In this document: in pieces, positions 1 to 9,436 of the stretch
How the letters are laid out: each line of letters begins with the position of its first letter
Position numbering within the stretch: the first letter of the stretch is position 1
NCBI GenBank assembly: GCA_965261595.1
Contig: CBDHDG010000004.1
Location: 544,001-608,000, forward strand
DNA: 64,000 bases
Source: a bacterium
GTDB taxonomy: Bacteria > UBA8248 > JACPRG01 > G963555815
Direction of reading: 5' to 3'
Translations under genes and position numbers: made by a program
Notes under the pieces: generated by a model
Seen by the model: only the letters and a program-made list of their open reading frames with translations
What the model was told of the DNA's origin: nothing
The model's database searches: none

Positions 1-743
1 CCGCCGTCGACGGGCAGGCTTACGCCGTGGACGAATCGGGCCGCGTCGGAGGCCAGAAAGACTACGGCGGGCGCCACGTCGGCGGGTTGCCCGATCCGGC
101 CGAAGGGCGTCGAGTCGACGGCGAACTTCACGAATTCCGGGTCCTTGTGGAGCTCTACGCTCATGGCCGTGGCAATCTCGCCCGGGGCGATGGCGTTCAC
201 GCGGATGCCCTCCCCCGCCAGCTCCGCCGTCATCGCCTTGGTCATCAACTCGATCGCACCCTTGGTGGCGCAATAGGCCACCGACTCCGGGAAGGAACGA
301 TGCCCGGCGATGGAGGAGGTGAAGATGATGACCCCTCCGTTGCGGAGTTGGGGAAGCGCCAACTGGACCATCTCGAACGGGGCCCGGACATGCGTCACCC
401 ACTGCCGGTCGAGGCTTTCCAGCGGGAAGGTCTCAAATGGGCCGTATTCATGGATCCCCGCGTTGTTGACGAGGACGTTGAAGGCGCCGAAGACTTCGAC
501 CGCCTTCGAGACAATCGACTCCGGCGCGCCCGGCGCCGTCAGGTCCGCCTGAAAGACGCGGCACTCGCCTCCCTGCTCGCCGATCTCGCGCGCCACGCCT
601 TCGAGGCGCTCCTGATTCCGTCCGACGGCGAACACGCGCGCGCCCGCGGCCGCCATCTGCCGGGCGATCTCCGCGCCGATGCCCGAGCTCGCCCCCGTCA
701 CAACAGCCGTTTTCGACGTCAGCTCAAATTGGGAATTCGCCAT
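1..743 (-). CDS. SDR family NAD(P)-dependent oxidoreductase (3' end runs off window)
   Basis: Not in the ORF track. Manual translation from ATG 743 gives MANSQFELTSKTAVVTGASSGIG (TGxxxGIG), NNAG, YCATK (YxxxK) and C-terminal FLASDAARFVHGVSLPVDGG. Confidence 0.9.
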   Translation of the reverse strand, partial: MANSQFELTSKTAVVTGASSGIGAEIARQMAAAGARVFAVGRNQERLEGVAREIGEQGGECRVFQADLTAPGAPESIVSKAVEVFGAFNVLVNNAGIHEYGPFETFPLESLDRQWVTHVRAPFEMVQLALPQLRNGGVIIFTSSIAGHRSFPESVAYCATKGAIELMTKAMTAELAGEGIRVNAIAPGEIATAMSVELHKDPEFVKFAVDSTPFGRIGQPADVAPAVVFLASDAARFVHGVSLPVDG

Positions 744-779
744 TGGACCCGTCCCCCCCCCCCACGCTGTTCTCCCGGC

Positions 780-1997
780 TCAGTTCCACCATCGCTTGGG
801 ACAAGCGGCGGTCAACACCTCGCACCCATCGGCGGTAATCCGCACGTCCTGCTCGAAGCCCGCCGCACCCACCTCGGGACGCCCCACGAGGGCCTCCACC
901 GCGATGGTCATGTTCTCCTCCAGCACCGTTTCCTCTCCCTCGATGATCCAGGGGGGCTCCAGCCCCACGCCGATGCCGTGGCCGAAGGCCGGGAAAAGCT
1001 CGCCGAACTCGGTCCCCGCTCCCTCGGACCCCGCCCGGTGTGAGGCGAACCCGTTCTCCACCAGCCAGGAAGACCCCTGCTGGTACATCGCGTCAACGGT
1101 GATTCCCGGCTTGATGATCTCGATGATGCTCTCGACCACTCCGATGGGGGCCTCCAAGACCTCCCGCTGCGCGTCGGTGGGCCTGCCGCCGACGAGGTTC
1201 GAGCGGACAAGGTCGGTGTAGTAGCACTCGACCGGACCCCAGGCGTCTACGTGAACGATGTCCCCGTCTTCCAGTTTGCGCTCGTAGTCCCATGCGGGGA
1301 TGCCGAACCGCTCAAAGCGGTGGGAATTGGGGCCAGAGGCGACGGCCACGTCATAAGGAAACCCGCCGTGGGCCGCAAAGTATTTCAACCCTTCCCCCAC
1401 GAAGTCTCCTTCCGTCTTACCCGCCTGGACGGCCTCCATCATGGTGCGCATCCACTCAACGCCCACCGCCGCCGCGTGCTTCATGATCGCGATCTCGCCG
1501 CCGCTCTTCACCCTTCGCAGCGTCTCTAGAATGTCGTCGGCGGGCTCCGTTTTCAGGGAATGCCCGAGCGTCTCTTCCATGAGCTGGAAACTGTGATGGA
1601 GCAGACATTCCCTTCCGACCAGCCCGAGCTTGGCCTTGGCCAACCCGGTTTCTTTCAAAACTTCCGCTGTCTTCCGGGGGACCTTCAAGGTCGACCGTAC
1701 GTCATCGACAAACGTCTTCGCTTTCGGGTAATCGGGTAGATCGACGACGAGAACGGGGTCGGCGTCCACCGGCAGGATCAGCGCGCTGTACGATCGGGCC
1801 GTCCAGATCGGGGTTTCCGAATTGTGCGGGAAGGGAGAGTGATGATTGGTCAGGTAGAGAACATCACCGTAGTAGTCGACGGTCGACCCGCCCCGCGACC
1901 ACACCAGAAGTCCGTCCAAACCTCGTTCCTTGGCGGCTGTCACCGCTTTCCGTCTGCGATCCGCGAATTCTTCCGCCGGAATTTCCAAACTTTTCAC
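780..1997 (-). CDS. M24 (Xaa-Pro peptidase/creatinase-like) family hydrolase
   Basis: Creatinase-type N-domain plus pita-bread metal ligands: HVD, TDLVR, GHGIG, VEA, FEQD. Confidence 0.88.
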   Translation of the reverse strand: MKSLEIPAEEFADRRRKAVTAAKERGLDGLLVWSRGGSTVDYYGDVLYLTNHHSPFPHNSETPIWTARSYSALILPVDADPVLVVDLPDYPKAKTFVDDVRSTLKVPRKTAEVLKETGLAKAKLGLVGRECLLHHSFQLMEETLGHSLKTEPADDILETLRRVKSGGEIAIMKHAAAVGVEWMRTMMEAVQAGKTEGDFVGEGLKYFAAHGGFPYDVAVASGPNSHRFERFGIPAWDYERKLEDGDIVHVDAWGPVECYYTDLVRSNLVGGRPTDAQREVLEAPIGVVESIIEIIKPGITVDAMYQQGSSWLVENGFASHRAGSEGAGTEFGELFPAFGHGIGVGLEPPWIIEGEETVLEENMTIAVEALVGRPEVGAAGFEQDVRITADGCEVLTAACPKRWWN

Positions 1998-2051
1998 ACC
2001 GTCACCTCATTTCCGAACCCGCTGCTTGGGCCGTAAGCAGTGCTCAACGTT

Positions 2052-3059
2052 TCACGATGATCCGGGGATTCCCGCCTGCTCGAGGATGGCGGCCAGATTT
2101 CCTCCCAGAATTTTCTGGCGTTCCGCATCGGGCAGGGTTTGCAGGGCGGGAAGCGCCAATTCGCCCTCCGGATCCCCAACCTCGAAAGGATAGTCCGTTC
2201 CGAAAACCACTCGATCCGCACCGACCCGATCGATCAAAAACTGAAGGGATGCGCTGCCAGCGAGGAGACAATCATAGTAGAGCTGTCCGAGGTATTCCGC
2301 GGGCGGCTTTGAGATATTCGCATGGCAGGCCGGATTTGCTTCATAGGCGGAGGCGAAGTACCCGAGGTTGATCCGATCCCCGAGAAAGGGAAGCGTCCCC
2401 CCGCCATGAGCGAGGACCAGTTTCAAGCCCGGATGCCGTTCGAGGACACCCGCGTAGATCAGGCGCGCGGCGGCGATGGTCGTCTCTGTCGGAAAGGCCA
2501 CGGTGGTATTGAGGGTATAATCCTCGAGGCTCGCATGAGAGAGGCTCGGACTCGGATGCATGAAGACCAGCAATCCCATATCAGCCAGCGCGGCGAACAT
2601 CGGTTCAAAATCAGGCTCATCCAGGAACCGGCCGGCCGCGTGCGTATTGATGGCCGCCCCCTTGAAGCCGTGCGACTCGACGGCGCGCCGCAATTCATCG
2701 GGGATGAGAGAGGGCTCCGCCAGACACAGAAGGGCCAGCCCTCCGAGGCGTCCGCCGGCCTCGTCGACGAGTTTCACCGTGTATTCATTGATTCGGCGCG
2801 TCTGCTCGACGCTCCCCGCCAGTTGCTGGTCGAGAAAAATCGAAACCGGCGACGATACCAGTTGGAGATCGACCTGTCTTTCCTCAAGGCTTTTGAGGCG
2901 GCCTTCCAAGTCGAAAAGCAGAGGGTCCAAAGGACCGTATTTCGGGTGCGCAAATCCCCCGCCTTCCAGTTTTTCCAAATGAAGGCCGAACCATGGGCTA
3001 CGCGCCATTTCGTTGGCAAGCTCATGGCTAATCGCATGGGCGTGGACATCGATGATCAT
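2052..3059 (-). CDS. Amidohydrolase_2 family protein (ACMSD-like decarboxylase/hydratase)
   Basis: Motifs IDVHAH, FMHP, AHGGG and FGTDYP. Confidence 0.88.
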   Translation of the reverse strand: MIIDVHAHAISHELANEMARSPWFGLHLEKLEGGGFAHPKYGPLDPLLFDLEGRLKSLEERQVDLQLVSSPVSIFLDQQLAGSVEQTRRINEYTVKLVDEAGGRLGGLALLCLAEPSLIPDELRRAVESHGFKGAAINTHAAGRFLDEPDFEPMFAALADMGLLVFMHPSPSLSHASLEDYTLNTTVAFPTETTIAAARLIYAGVLERHPGLKLVLAHGGGTLPFLGDRINLGYFASAYEANPACHANISKPPAEYLGQLYYDCLLAGSASLQFLIDRVGADRVVFGTDYPFEVGDPEGELALPALQTLPDAERQKILGGNLAAILEQAGIPGSS

Positions 3060-3552
3060 GCTGTCAACCGGCCTCTACTCTTCTTGGGCGCAAAAAACAA
3101 TCGCCCCTTGGGTTGAAAATTCGAGTTGCGCCCGAAGGCGGGGGGTCCGCGAAATCTTCCTGAAGTCTGCCACGGCGGATGGAAAGGCGTCAATCATTCG
3201 GGAGCCCGAAATCCACCCGGAATATTTTCCAACCCGGATCCCTGCCGCGCCGCGACCCAAACTCCGAATCGTGTCGGACGCTCGGAAAACCCCGCGCGAA
3301 CACCCGAGCAACCGGACCGGACTGTCCGGCGGCTTCGGTGCGGGATATTTCCCGGGAAAAGAGAGCACCTCCGGCAGCCGCGGAGAATGAAATGACTTAT
3401 GTGCACCCAATCGGAAACTCGTATACCATCATGGCATAGACTGAAAGAAATAATCCTTTCCCATGAATGCCGGATGGGAGAACGAAAGGCCGGGTCCGGG
3501 AAGCTTGATTCCTTCACGGCGACCTGTCCGAGAAAACGGGAGATGGCGTCCA

Positions 3553-4746
3553 ATGAGCACTCAAAAGACCTATTACACTCCGGATAACCTCAAATGGTAT
3601 GACCCGTTGCCGGCATCCCCCGCCGTCCGGGCGGGCGACCTCCTTTTTATTTCCGGGCAGGTGGCCTTGGACTCCGATTTCAAGCCTGTTTTCAATGGCG
3701 ACGTCTCCGCCCAGGCCCGGTATGCCTTCGACAACATCCGACAGATTTTGGAGATGGCGAACGGAACCCTCGACGACGTGGTCGAGTTGATGGTGTTCGT
3801 CAAAGACCCCCGGGACATGGACGCCATTTACGAAATCGCCCGGGAGCACTTCCAAAAAGACTACCCCGCCTGGACCCTGGTCGGAAGCCTCGGGTTCCAC
3901 AACAGCGAGTCCCTGGTCAGCATTCGGGCCATCGCCCATCTCGGGAAAGCCGAAAAGAAATGCTACACGCCCGATACGCTGAAGTGGTGGAAGAACCTCC
4001 CCGTCTCGGCCGGTTGCAAGAAAGGCGATCTGATGTTCATCTCCGGCCAGGTGGCCGCGGATGCGGACGGGATGATCGTGACCCCGGGGGATCACGCCGG
4101 CCAAGCCCGATTTGCCTTCAACCGCTTCAGGGAGATTGTCGAAATGGCCGGAGGCAAGATGGAGGACATCATCGATCTCATCTGCTTCTCCCGCGACCCG
4201 CGTGGAATGATTCCGGTCTGCGACACCTGGTGCAACGAATTCGTCAACGACTTGCCCTTCGATGAGATTGCGGCCTACACGGCCATCGGGACGACAGGCC
4301 TGTACGACCCCGGCATGATGAGCGCTAACCGGGCGATCGTCGATTTCAGCCCGGGCAAACGCATCGCCAAGACGCCCGCGAGCATTTGGTGGAAAATAAC
4401 GCCGATTTCAGGGGGATCGAAAAAAGAAGGGGGCCGGGTGATTGGGCTGGCCGGCCAGGTCGCCTCCGATGGAGACGGCTTCATCACAACACCGGGTGAT
4501 GTAAACGCGCAGGCCCGCTACGCCTTCAACCGCCTTCGGGAAGTATTGGCGGACTTCGGCGCGTCGATGGATAACATCATCGAGGTGATTTCCTTCCATA
4601 AAGACCCCCGCGATTGGGAAATCGTGATGGAAGTCGGACACGAGTTTTTCCAAAAAGATCAGGCCCCGGCCTGGACGCCCGTGGGCACGACCGGGCTCTT
4701 CAAAGAAGGATTTCTCCACGAGATTTATGCCTTGGCGATCATGTAA
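3553..4746 (+). CDS. Triple-domain Rid (YjgF/YER057c/UK114) family protein
   Basis: Three tandem repeats of (S/A)GQVA...QAR(Y/F)AF...DPR...(P)A(W/Y)T. Start set at ATG 3553 (MSTQKTYY) after GGGAGA. Confidence 0.88.
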   Translation: MSTQKTYYTPDNLKWYDPLPASPAVRAGDLLFISGQVALDSDFKPVFNGDVSAQARYAFDNIRQILEMANGTLDDVVELMVFVKDPRDMDAIYEIAREHFQKDYPAWTLVGSLGFHNSESLVSIRAIAHLGKAEKKCYTPDTLKWWKNLPVSAGCKKGDLMFISGQVAADADGMIVTPGDHAGQARFAFNRFREIVEMAGGKMEDIIDLICFSRDPRGMIPVCDTWCNEFVNDLPFDEIAAYTAIGTTGLYDPGMMSANRAIVDFSPGKRIAKTPASIWWKITPISGGSKKEGGRVIGLAGQVASDGDGFITTPGDVNAQARYAFNRLREVLADFGASMDNIIEVISFHKDPRDWEIVMEVGHEFFQKDQAPAWTPVGTTGLFKEGFLHEIYALAIM

Positions 4747-4825
4747 ACCTCCCTGCGGACCTCCGACCGGAACCTGGGAGGATCTTCGGCTCCAGCAGTC
4801 AAGGGCCGAACGAACCGAAGCCCCC

Positions 4826-4854
4826 TTGAATTCCAATAAGGGCTTAGCTATACT
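4826..4854 (+). promoter_or_regulatory. Putative sigma70 promoter for the DUF3179/ABC operon
   Basis: TTGAAT-N17-TATACT in an AT-rich intergenic patch. Confidence 0.55.
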
Positions 4855-5022
4855 CAGAAGATATTCGAGAAATATTTTCGATCGCATTGGGCCGGGGTTG
4901 GATTTGCATCCAACGGCTAGAGGGCGCCGTCGAACTCGCGGGCCTTGGTTAAATCCAACCTCGACACGGGTGGATGGTTTGCGAATTCAGGCAAGACTCG
5001 CTCAAAGAGGGGAGGACCTCAC

Positions 5023-6870
5023 TTGATTATCCAACGGTTCAAGAATGAGGAAGAGAAAAAGCTCTTGATCTCCCACGTCGCCGCCGAGTGGGATATGGCG
5101 AACGGCTTCTACACCACGCCCCGCATGAGAGATAAGTTTTTCTATCCGCTGACGGACCCGAAATGCGTCCCCGCGGCGGAGGCCGATCACATGCTGGACA
5201 CTGACCATGTGGTGGGCGTCCACCACAAGGGGAAAGCCCGGGCCTATGTTCTCTACATCCTGGACTACTACCACCACCTGAACGACGTGATTGAAGGAGA
5301 CCCTCTCGTCTTCAGCACGTGAGAACGCTGCGGAACGGGTAACGCATTCAGCGGTCTGCTGAACAACCAACGGCTTCAATGGGGACACTGCGGCATTCTT
5401 TTGGCCCAGGCGGGGGCGCGAGACCTGGGAACCGACAGCTATTGGTGGCCTTTGGAGGGTCTTTGTTACACAGGCGAATTCAAGGACGAGATGCTGGACC
5501 CCATCCCGGTGGTCCACTGCACCTGGGGCGAGTGGAAGGAAATGCACCCGGACACGGACGTCCTGGCGGCGCCGGAGGATCCGAATCACCGCGATCCCCG
5601 AGGTGGACACGGCTCAGAGGAGTATTGGGAGCGGCCCGGCATGGACCAGCTCTTCATTCACTCCCTGTTCAAGGGAGATCTCGACCGCCAGCTTCCGGAA
5701 AACGCGATGATCATGGGCATCAACCTGGCGAGAGGTCACCGGGCATACCCTCTGACGGACATCAAGCTGGAGGGAGGTCTCGTCAATGATGTCCTGGGCG
5801 ATGTCCCTCTCCTCCTGCTTTCCGGGCCTTCCCCCGAGAGCTTCTATTCCGGGGCCTTTGACCGAAGGGTCGGAGACCGGGTCCTTGAGTTTGAGGTCCG
5901 GGACGCGAGAATCGTCGACAAACAAACCGGCAGCACGTGGACCTCGGAAGGGTGCGCCGCCGAAGGCGAGCTGAAGGGAACTGAGCTTCAGCCCATCCAC
6001 AACATGCTCACCCGGTGGCATTCATGGATCTACTCGCACCCTGAAACGGAGATTTTCAGAACGGAATTGCGGGAGGCCCCCAATGTCAAAACGGGAATCT
6101 TTGAAAAGATCATTGAGGGGCTCCGCGAGGCGCTGAACGATGTCCGGGTCGAAAGGGAACTCCTCAACCTTGAACGCCCACTCGAATCCGACCGGGGACT
6201 GGTTGTTCACATAGACGGCGACCGCTTCCTTCTTCACCACTTCACCAGTGAGACGGCCGCGCGGGACCACGCCTATTTCGCAAAGAAGGCCGTTCGCGCG
6301 GGGTTGTACGTCCTCCAGTCCGACCCCGAGCGGCAATTTGCGGACATCGCCCTGAACAACTCCCTGCTCCCGGACGAGGAGATCCAGTGGTCGAACCTTG
6401 TGGGAAACAAGGACTTCGAGAGCCGGTTTCAACGCTCGACGCCCGAAGAAGACGGGGGGGGAGACTACCCCGGTTTCAGCGACATCCTCGCCGGGCTCAA
6501 CGAGAACGGGATCGACTGTTTCCCCGGAGCGCCCGAGATGCACACGGACATCGTGAATTGGTCGCCCTGGGGGACCTACGTCGGCCTCCGGCCGGGGGAG
6601 GAGAACTGGTTCGTCGTGACCATCGATACGATGGACCCCTTCGAGATCCACCGTTTCAAAACGGTCGAGGCGGCCGATGAATTCGTAGCGTTCGTGAAAC
6701 ACGCCTTCCGGATCGGGCGGTATGCGTTTTACTCGACTCCCCTGGACCGGTTCACCCTCCCGAGGTTCCGGATGGTGGACAAGCCGGAGGAGCGGGTGGA
6801 CTGGTCGGCGTTTCTGGAGGACGACGAATTCAAGGCCGTCCTCCGCAAGATCATCCAAGATGAGCGTTGA
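5023..6870 (+). CDS. DUF3179-domain selenoprotein (Sec at UGA 5320-5322) with a duplicated C-terminal domain
   Basis: ORFs 4945-5322 and 5401-6870 are in the same frame and separated only by TGA: PLVFST-U-ERC-GTGNAF, matching the DUF3179 CxxC motif. RBS GGAGG 5011-5015 precedes TTG 5023; product 615 aa. Other DUF3179 motifs: ARAY..L, NDV, TWGEWKEMHPDT. Confidence 0.85.
5347..5363 (+). promoter_or_regulatory. Bacterial SECIS-like hairpin
   Basis: TTCAGC-GGTCT-GCTGAA: perfect 6-bp stem with a G-led loop about 30 nt 3' of the UGA. Its GGUCUGC core matches the apical part of the E. coli fdhF SECIS as recalled. Confidence 0.75.
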
Positions 6871-7053
6871 GCGCGGAAGACGGTTTTGGCCGGACGCGAC
6901 GGAGGCGTCCGACCCGCCGGTCGGGCGGTCGGGCCGGGTTTCCGGCTCAGAGCCGCCCCGGTGCAAAGCCGAACGGCGATTCCGCCTCCTTGACCCTTGT
7001 TCCCGGAACATTGCGTTCAAGGCGGCGACCTGAAAGGGAGTGAGATCGGCGAA

Positions 7054-8046
7054 ATGAATACAAGCGGCGCCGGAAGCCCGGCGTTCGTGATCCGATCACT
7101 GGGGTCGATTCGCCCCCTGGCCCACCGTCTGTTCATGGGCGTCGGCGCGCTTCCCGTGGTGATCGTCGTCCTGGGTGTGATCTTCTGGTACTTTCAGCCC
7201 AGGTTTCTGTCCCAGACCAATCTGATCAACGTCGCCCGGCAAGGCTCCTTCCTGGCCATCGCGGCCTGTGCGCAGATGTTCCCCATCCTCTCCGGGGGCT
7301 TCGACCTTTCGGTGGGGGCGATCTTCGCGCTGGTCAGCGTCATCATGGCCCAGTTGACGCTGGAGGTGGGGATGGCCTGGGGGGCCGCGGTCGCCCTGTG
7401 CGCCGCCGGTCTCGTGGGCTTGTTCAACGGGCTGGTGATCTCCACCTTCCGGGTTTCCCCGTTTGTCGTCACCCTCGGAACCCTCTCGGCGGTCCGGGGG
7501 GTGGCGCTCATCTTGGCCAATGGACAGCCGATCTTCGGCATGCCAAAGCACTTCTCCTTCCTCGGGGCGGGCTACGTGGGGCCGATTCCCATCCCCGTTA
7601 TCGTGGGGGCGGCGGTGTTTTTGGTCGGCTATTTCCTGTTGAGGTGGACGCGGTTCGGGCGCTACATGTACGCCATCGGCGGCAACGAGGAAGCGGCCCG
7701 CATCTCCGGAATCCACATCAAGCGGTACACGACCCTGGCGTACGTCGCGTGCAGCCTTCTCAGCGGAATCGCCGGCGTGGTGCTGAGCTCGCGCGTCCGA
7801 TCGGGTCAGCCGACGCTGGGGGACGGCATGGAGCTGGAATCCATCGCGGCGGTCGTCATCGGGGGCGTGGCCCTCGGCGGAGGGTCGGGCACGCTCCCGG
7901 GCGTCCTGTACGGAGCGATCATCCTCAGCGTCATCCAGAACGGCCTCAATCTCATGAACGTTTCCACCTTCACGCAGTATGTCGTGATCGGGATGATCAT
8001 CACCGTTGCGGTCATCTTCGACCGTCTCCGCCACTCGCAGCACTGA
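7054..8046 (+). CDS. Monosaccharide (RbsC-like) ABC transporter permease
   Basis: GGFDLSVG, AIGGNEEAARISGI and ELESIAAVVIGG motifs; hydrophobic. Confidence 0.92.
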   Translation: MNTSGAGSPAFVIRSLGSIRPLAHRLFMGVGALPVVIVVLGVIFWYFQPRFLSQTNLINVARQGSFLAIAACAQMFPILSGGFDLSVGAIFALVSVIMAQLTLEVGMAWGAAVALCAAGLVGLFNGLVISTFRVSPFVVTLGTLSAVRGVALILANGQPIFGMPKHFSFLGAGYVGPIPIPVIVGAAVFLVGYFLLRWTRFGRYMYAIGGNEEAARISGIHIKRYTTLAYVACSLLSGIAGVVLSSRVRSGQPTLGDGMELESIAAVVIGGVALGGGSGTLPGVLYGAIILSVIQNGLNLMNVSTFTQYVVIGMIITVAVIFDRLRHSQH

Positions 8047-8132
8047 TGAGAGAAAGGGGCAAGGTCCGGCAGAGAGGAGAACCCGACGCAGGTTCTTGTT
8101 GAAACTCACAACCGCAAGAGGAGGGCGTACGA

Positions 8133-9188
8133 ATGCCGAAGTTGAAAAAACGCAGCGCCAGATGTTGGATCGGTCTCGCTTTGGCCTTGGGGTTCATCTT
8201 GAGCCTGACGGCGACAGCCCGGAACGTCGGGGCCGCAGGGGATGAGTGGCGGCCGAAAGACGGCTCGGAATGGGTCCGGCCGAAGGCCAAGAAGAAATAC
8301 ACAATCGGCGCGCTGATCCCGAGCCTTCAATCCCAGTACTGGGTCAACGTCGCCTATGGCCTCTTTGACGAGGCCAAGCAACTCGGTGTGACGCTGAAGT
8401 TCGCCGCCACGGCCAGCTACTCGCAGTACGCCAAACAGGTCAACTACATGGAGGACATGATCGCCTCGGGCGTGGACGCCATCGTTCTCGCGGCCGCCAG
8501 CAGCGACGCCATGGTGGGACCGGTGGATCAGGCGATCGCCAAGGGCATCAAGGTGATCCTCGTCGTTCAGAACATCCGCAGCGACAACTGGACGGCGCGC
8601 GTCGTGAGCGACCACTTCGCGCTGGGCTACCGGACCGGTGAAGTCCTGGCCAAGCTCATGAAGGGCCATGGGGAAATCATCGCGCTCAACGGCCCCCCCG
8701 GCCAGGACTGGTCCACCGCCCGCCGCAAGGGCCTGGCGGCCGTCCTGAAAAAGAACCCGTGCATCACGCTGAAGGGCGAGCGCTGGATGGGGGTCGCCCG
8801 GGATGAGGGCCTGCGGCACACCGAAGACTTCCTCCAGACCTTTCCCAAGATCACCGGCATCTGGGCTGCCGTTGACATCGCGCTGATGGGGGCGGTGGAC
8901 GCCGTTCAGGCCTCCGGCATCAAGCGGAAGATCTTCATGTCTTCGGCCTCGGGGACGCAAGGCGCGCTGGAGATGCTGAAGAAGGGAGAGATCGACTTCG
9001 ACCTGGGCGAAGGCCCCATCTGGCTGGGGCGTTGGTCCCTCGGCACGGCGGTCAAGATCCTGAACGGAGAAAAGCCGCCCCGGACGACGTACGTCCCCTT
9101 CCCGGAATTCACGCGGGACAACACCAGCAAGTGGCCCGAGATGACGAAATCCGAGTGGGCTCCGAAAGGTTGGAAGATTCCCCGGTAG
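8133..9188 (+). CDS. Sugar-type ABC transporter periplasmic binding protein (RbsB/TorT-like)
   Basis: Signal peptide; SGVDAIVL and LNGPPG..S.AR motifs; lies between permease and ATPase. Confidence 0.9.
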   Translation: MPKLKKRSARCWIGLALALGFILSLTATARNVGAAGDEWRPKDGSEWVRPKAKKKYTIGALIPSLQSQYWVNVAYGLFDEAKQLGVTLKFAATASYSQYAKQVNYMEDMIASGVDAIVLAAASSDAMVGPVDQAIAKGIKVILVVQNIRSDNWTARVVSDHFALGYRTGEVLAKLMKGHGEIIALNGPPGQDWSTARRKGLAAVLKKNPCITLKGERWMGVARDEGLRHTEDFLQTFPKITGIWAAVDIALMGAVDAVQASGIKRKIFMSSASGTQGALEMLKKGEIDFDLGEGPIWLGRWSLGTAVKILNGEKPPRTTYVPFPEFTRDNTSKWPEMTKSEWAPKGWKIPR

Positions 9189-9436
9189 GGAACCGATACG
9201 GTGCGGAATTCAGCAAAGGATTTCAGTTTCGCCCGTTGAGCGGATGAGTGCTTCGGCCGGGGGGCCATTGGCCCCCCGGCCCTTGTTTCAGATCCAATCT
9301 CCCCTTGAACCATTGGTGTTGTACAGGTATTTCTGAATGCCCCCCGAACTTTTCCCGGTTTGGGACCGATTCATAAAGATTGGACCTCGGACCGGGGGTC
9401 TCTTTTACCGGGTTCAGCGGTGAAACGAGAATCGAA

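Noticed and set aside
27..1043. Long plus-strand ORFs opposite real genes (also 11315-13135, 13456-14661, 37637-38980)
   Set aside because: Antisense shadows in high-GC DNA with no recognisable motifs.
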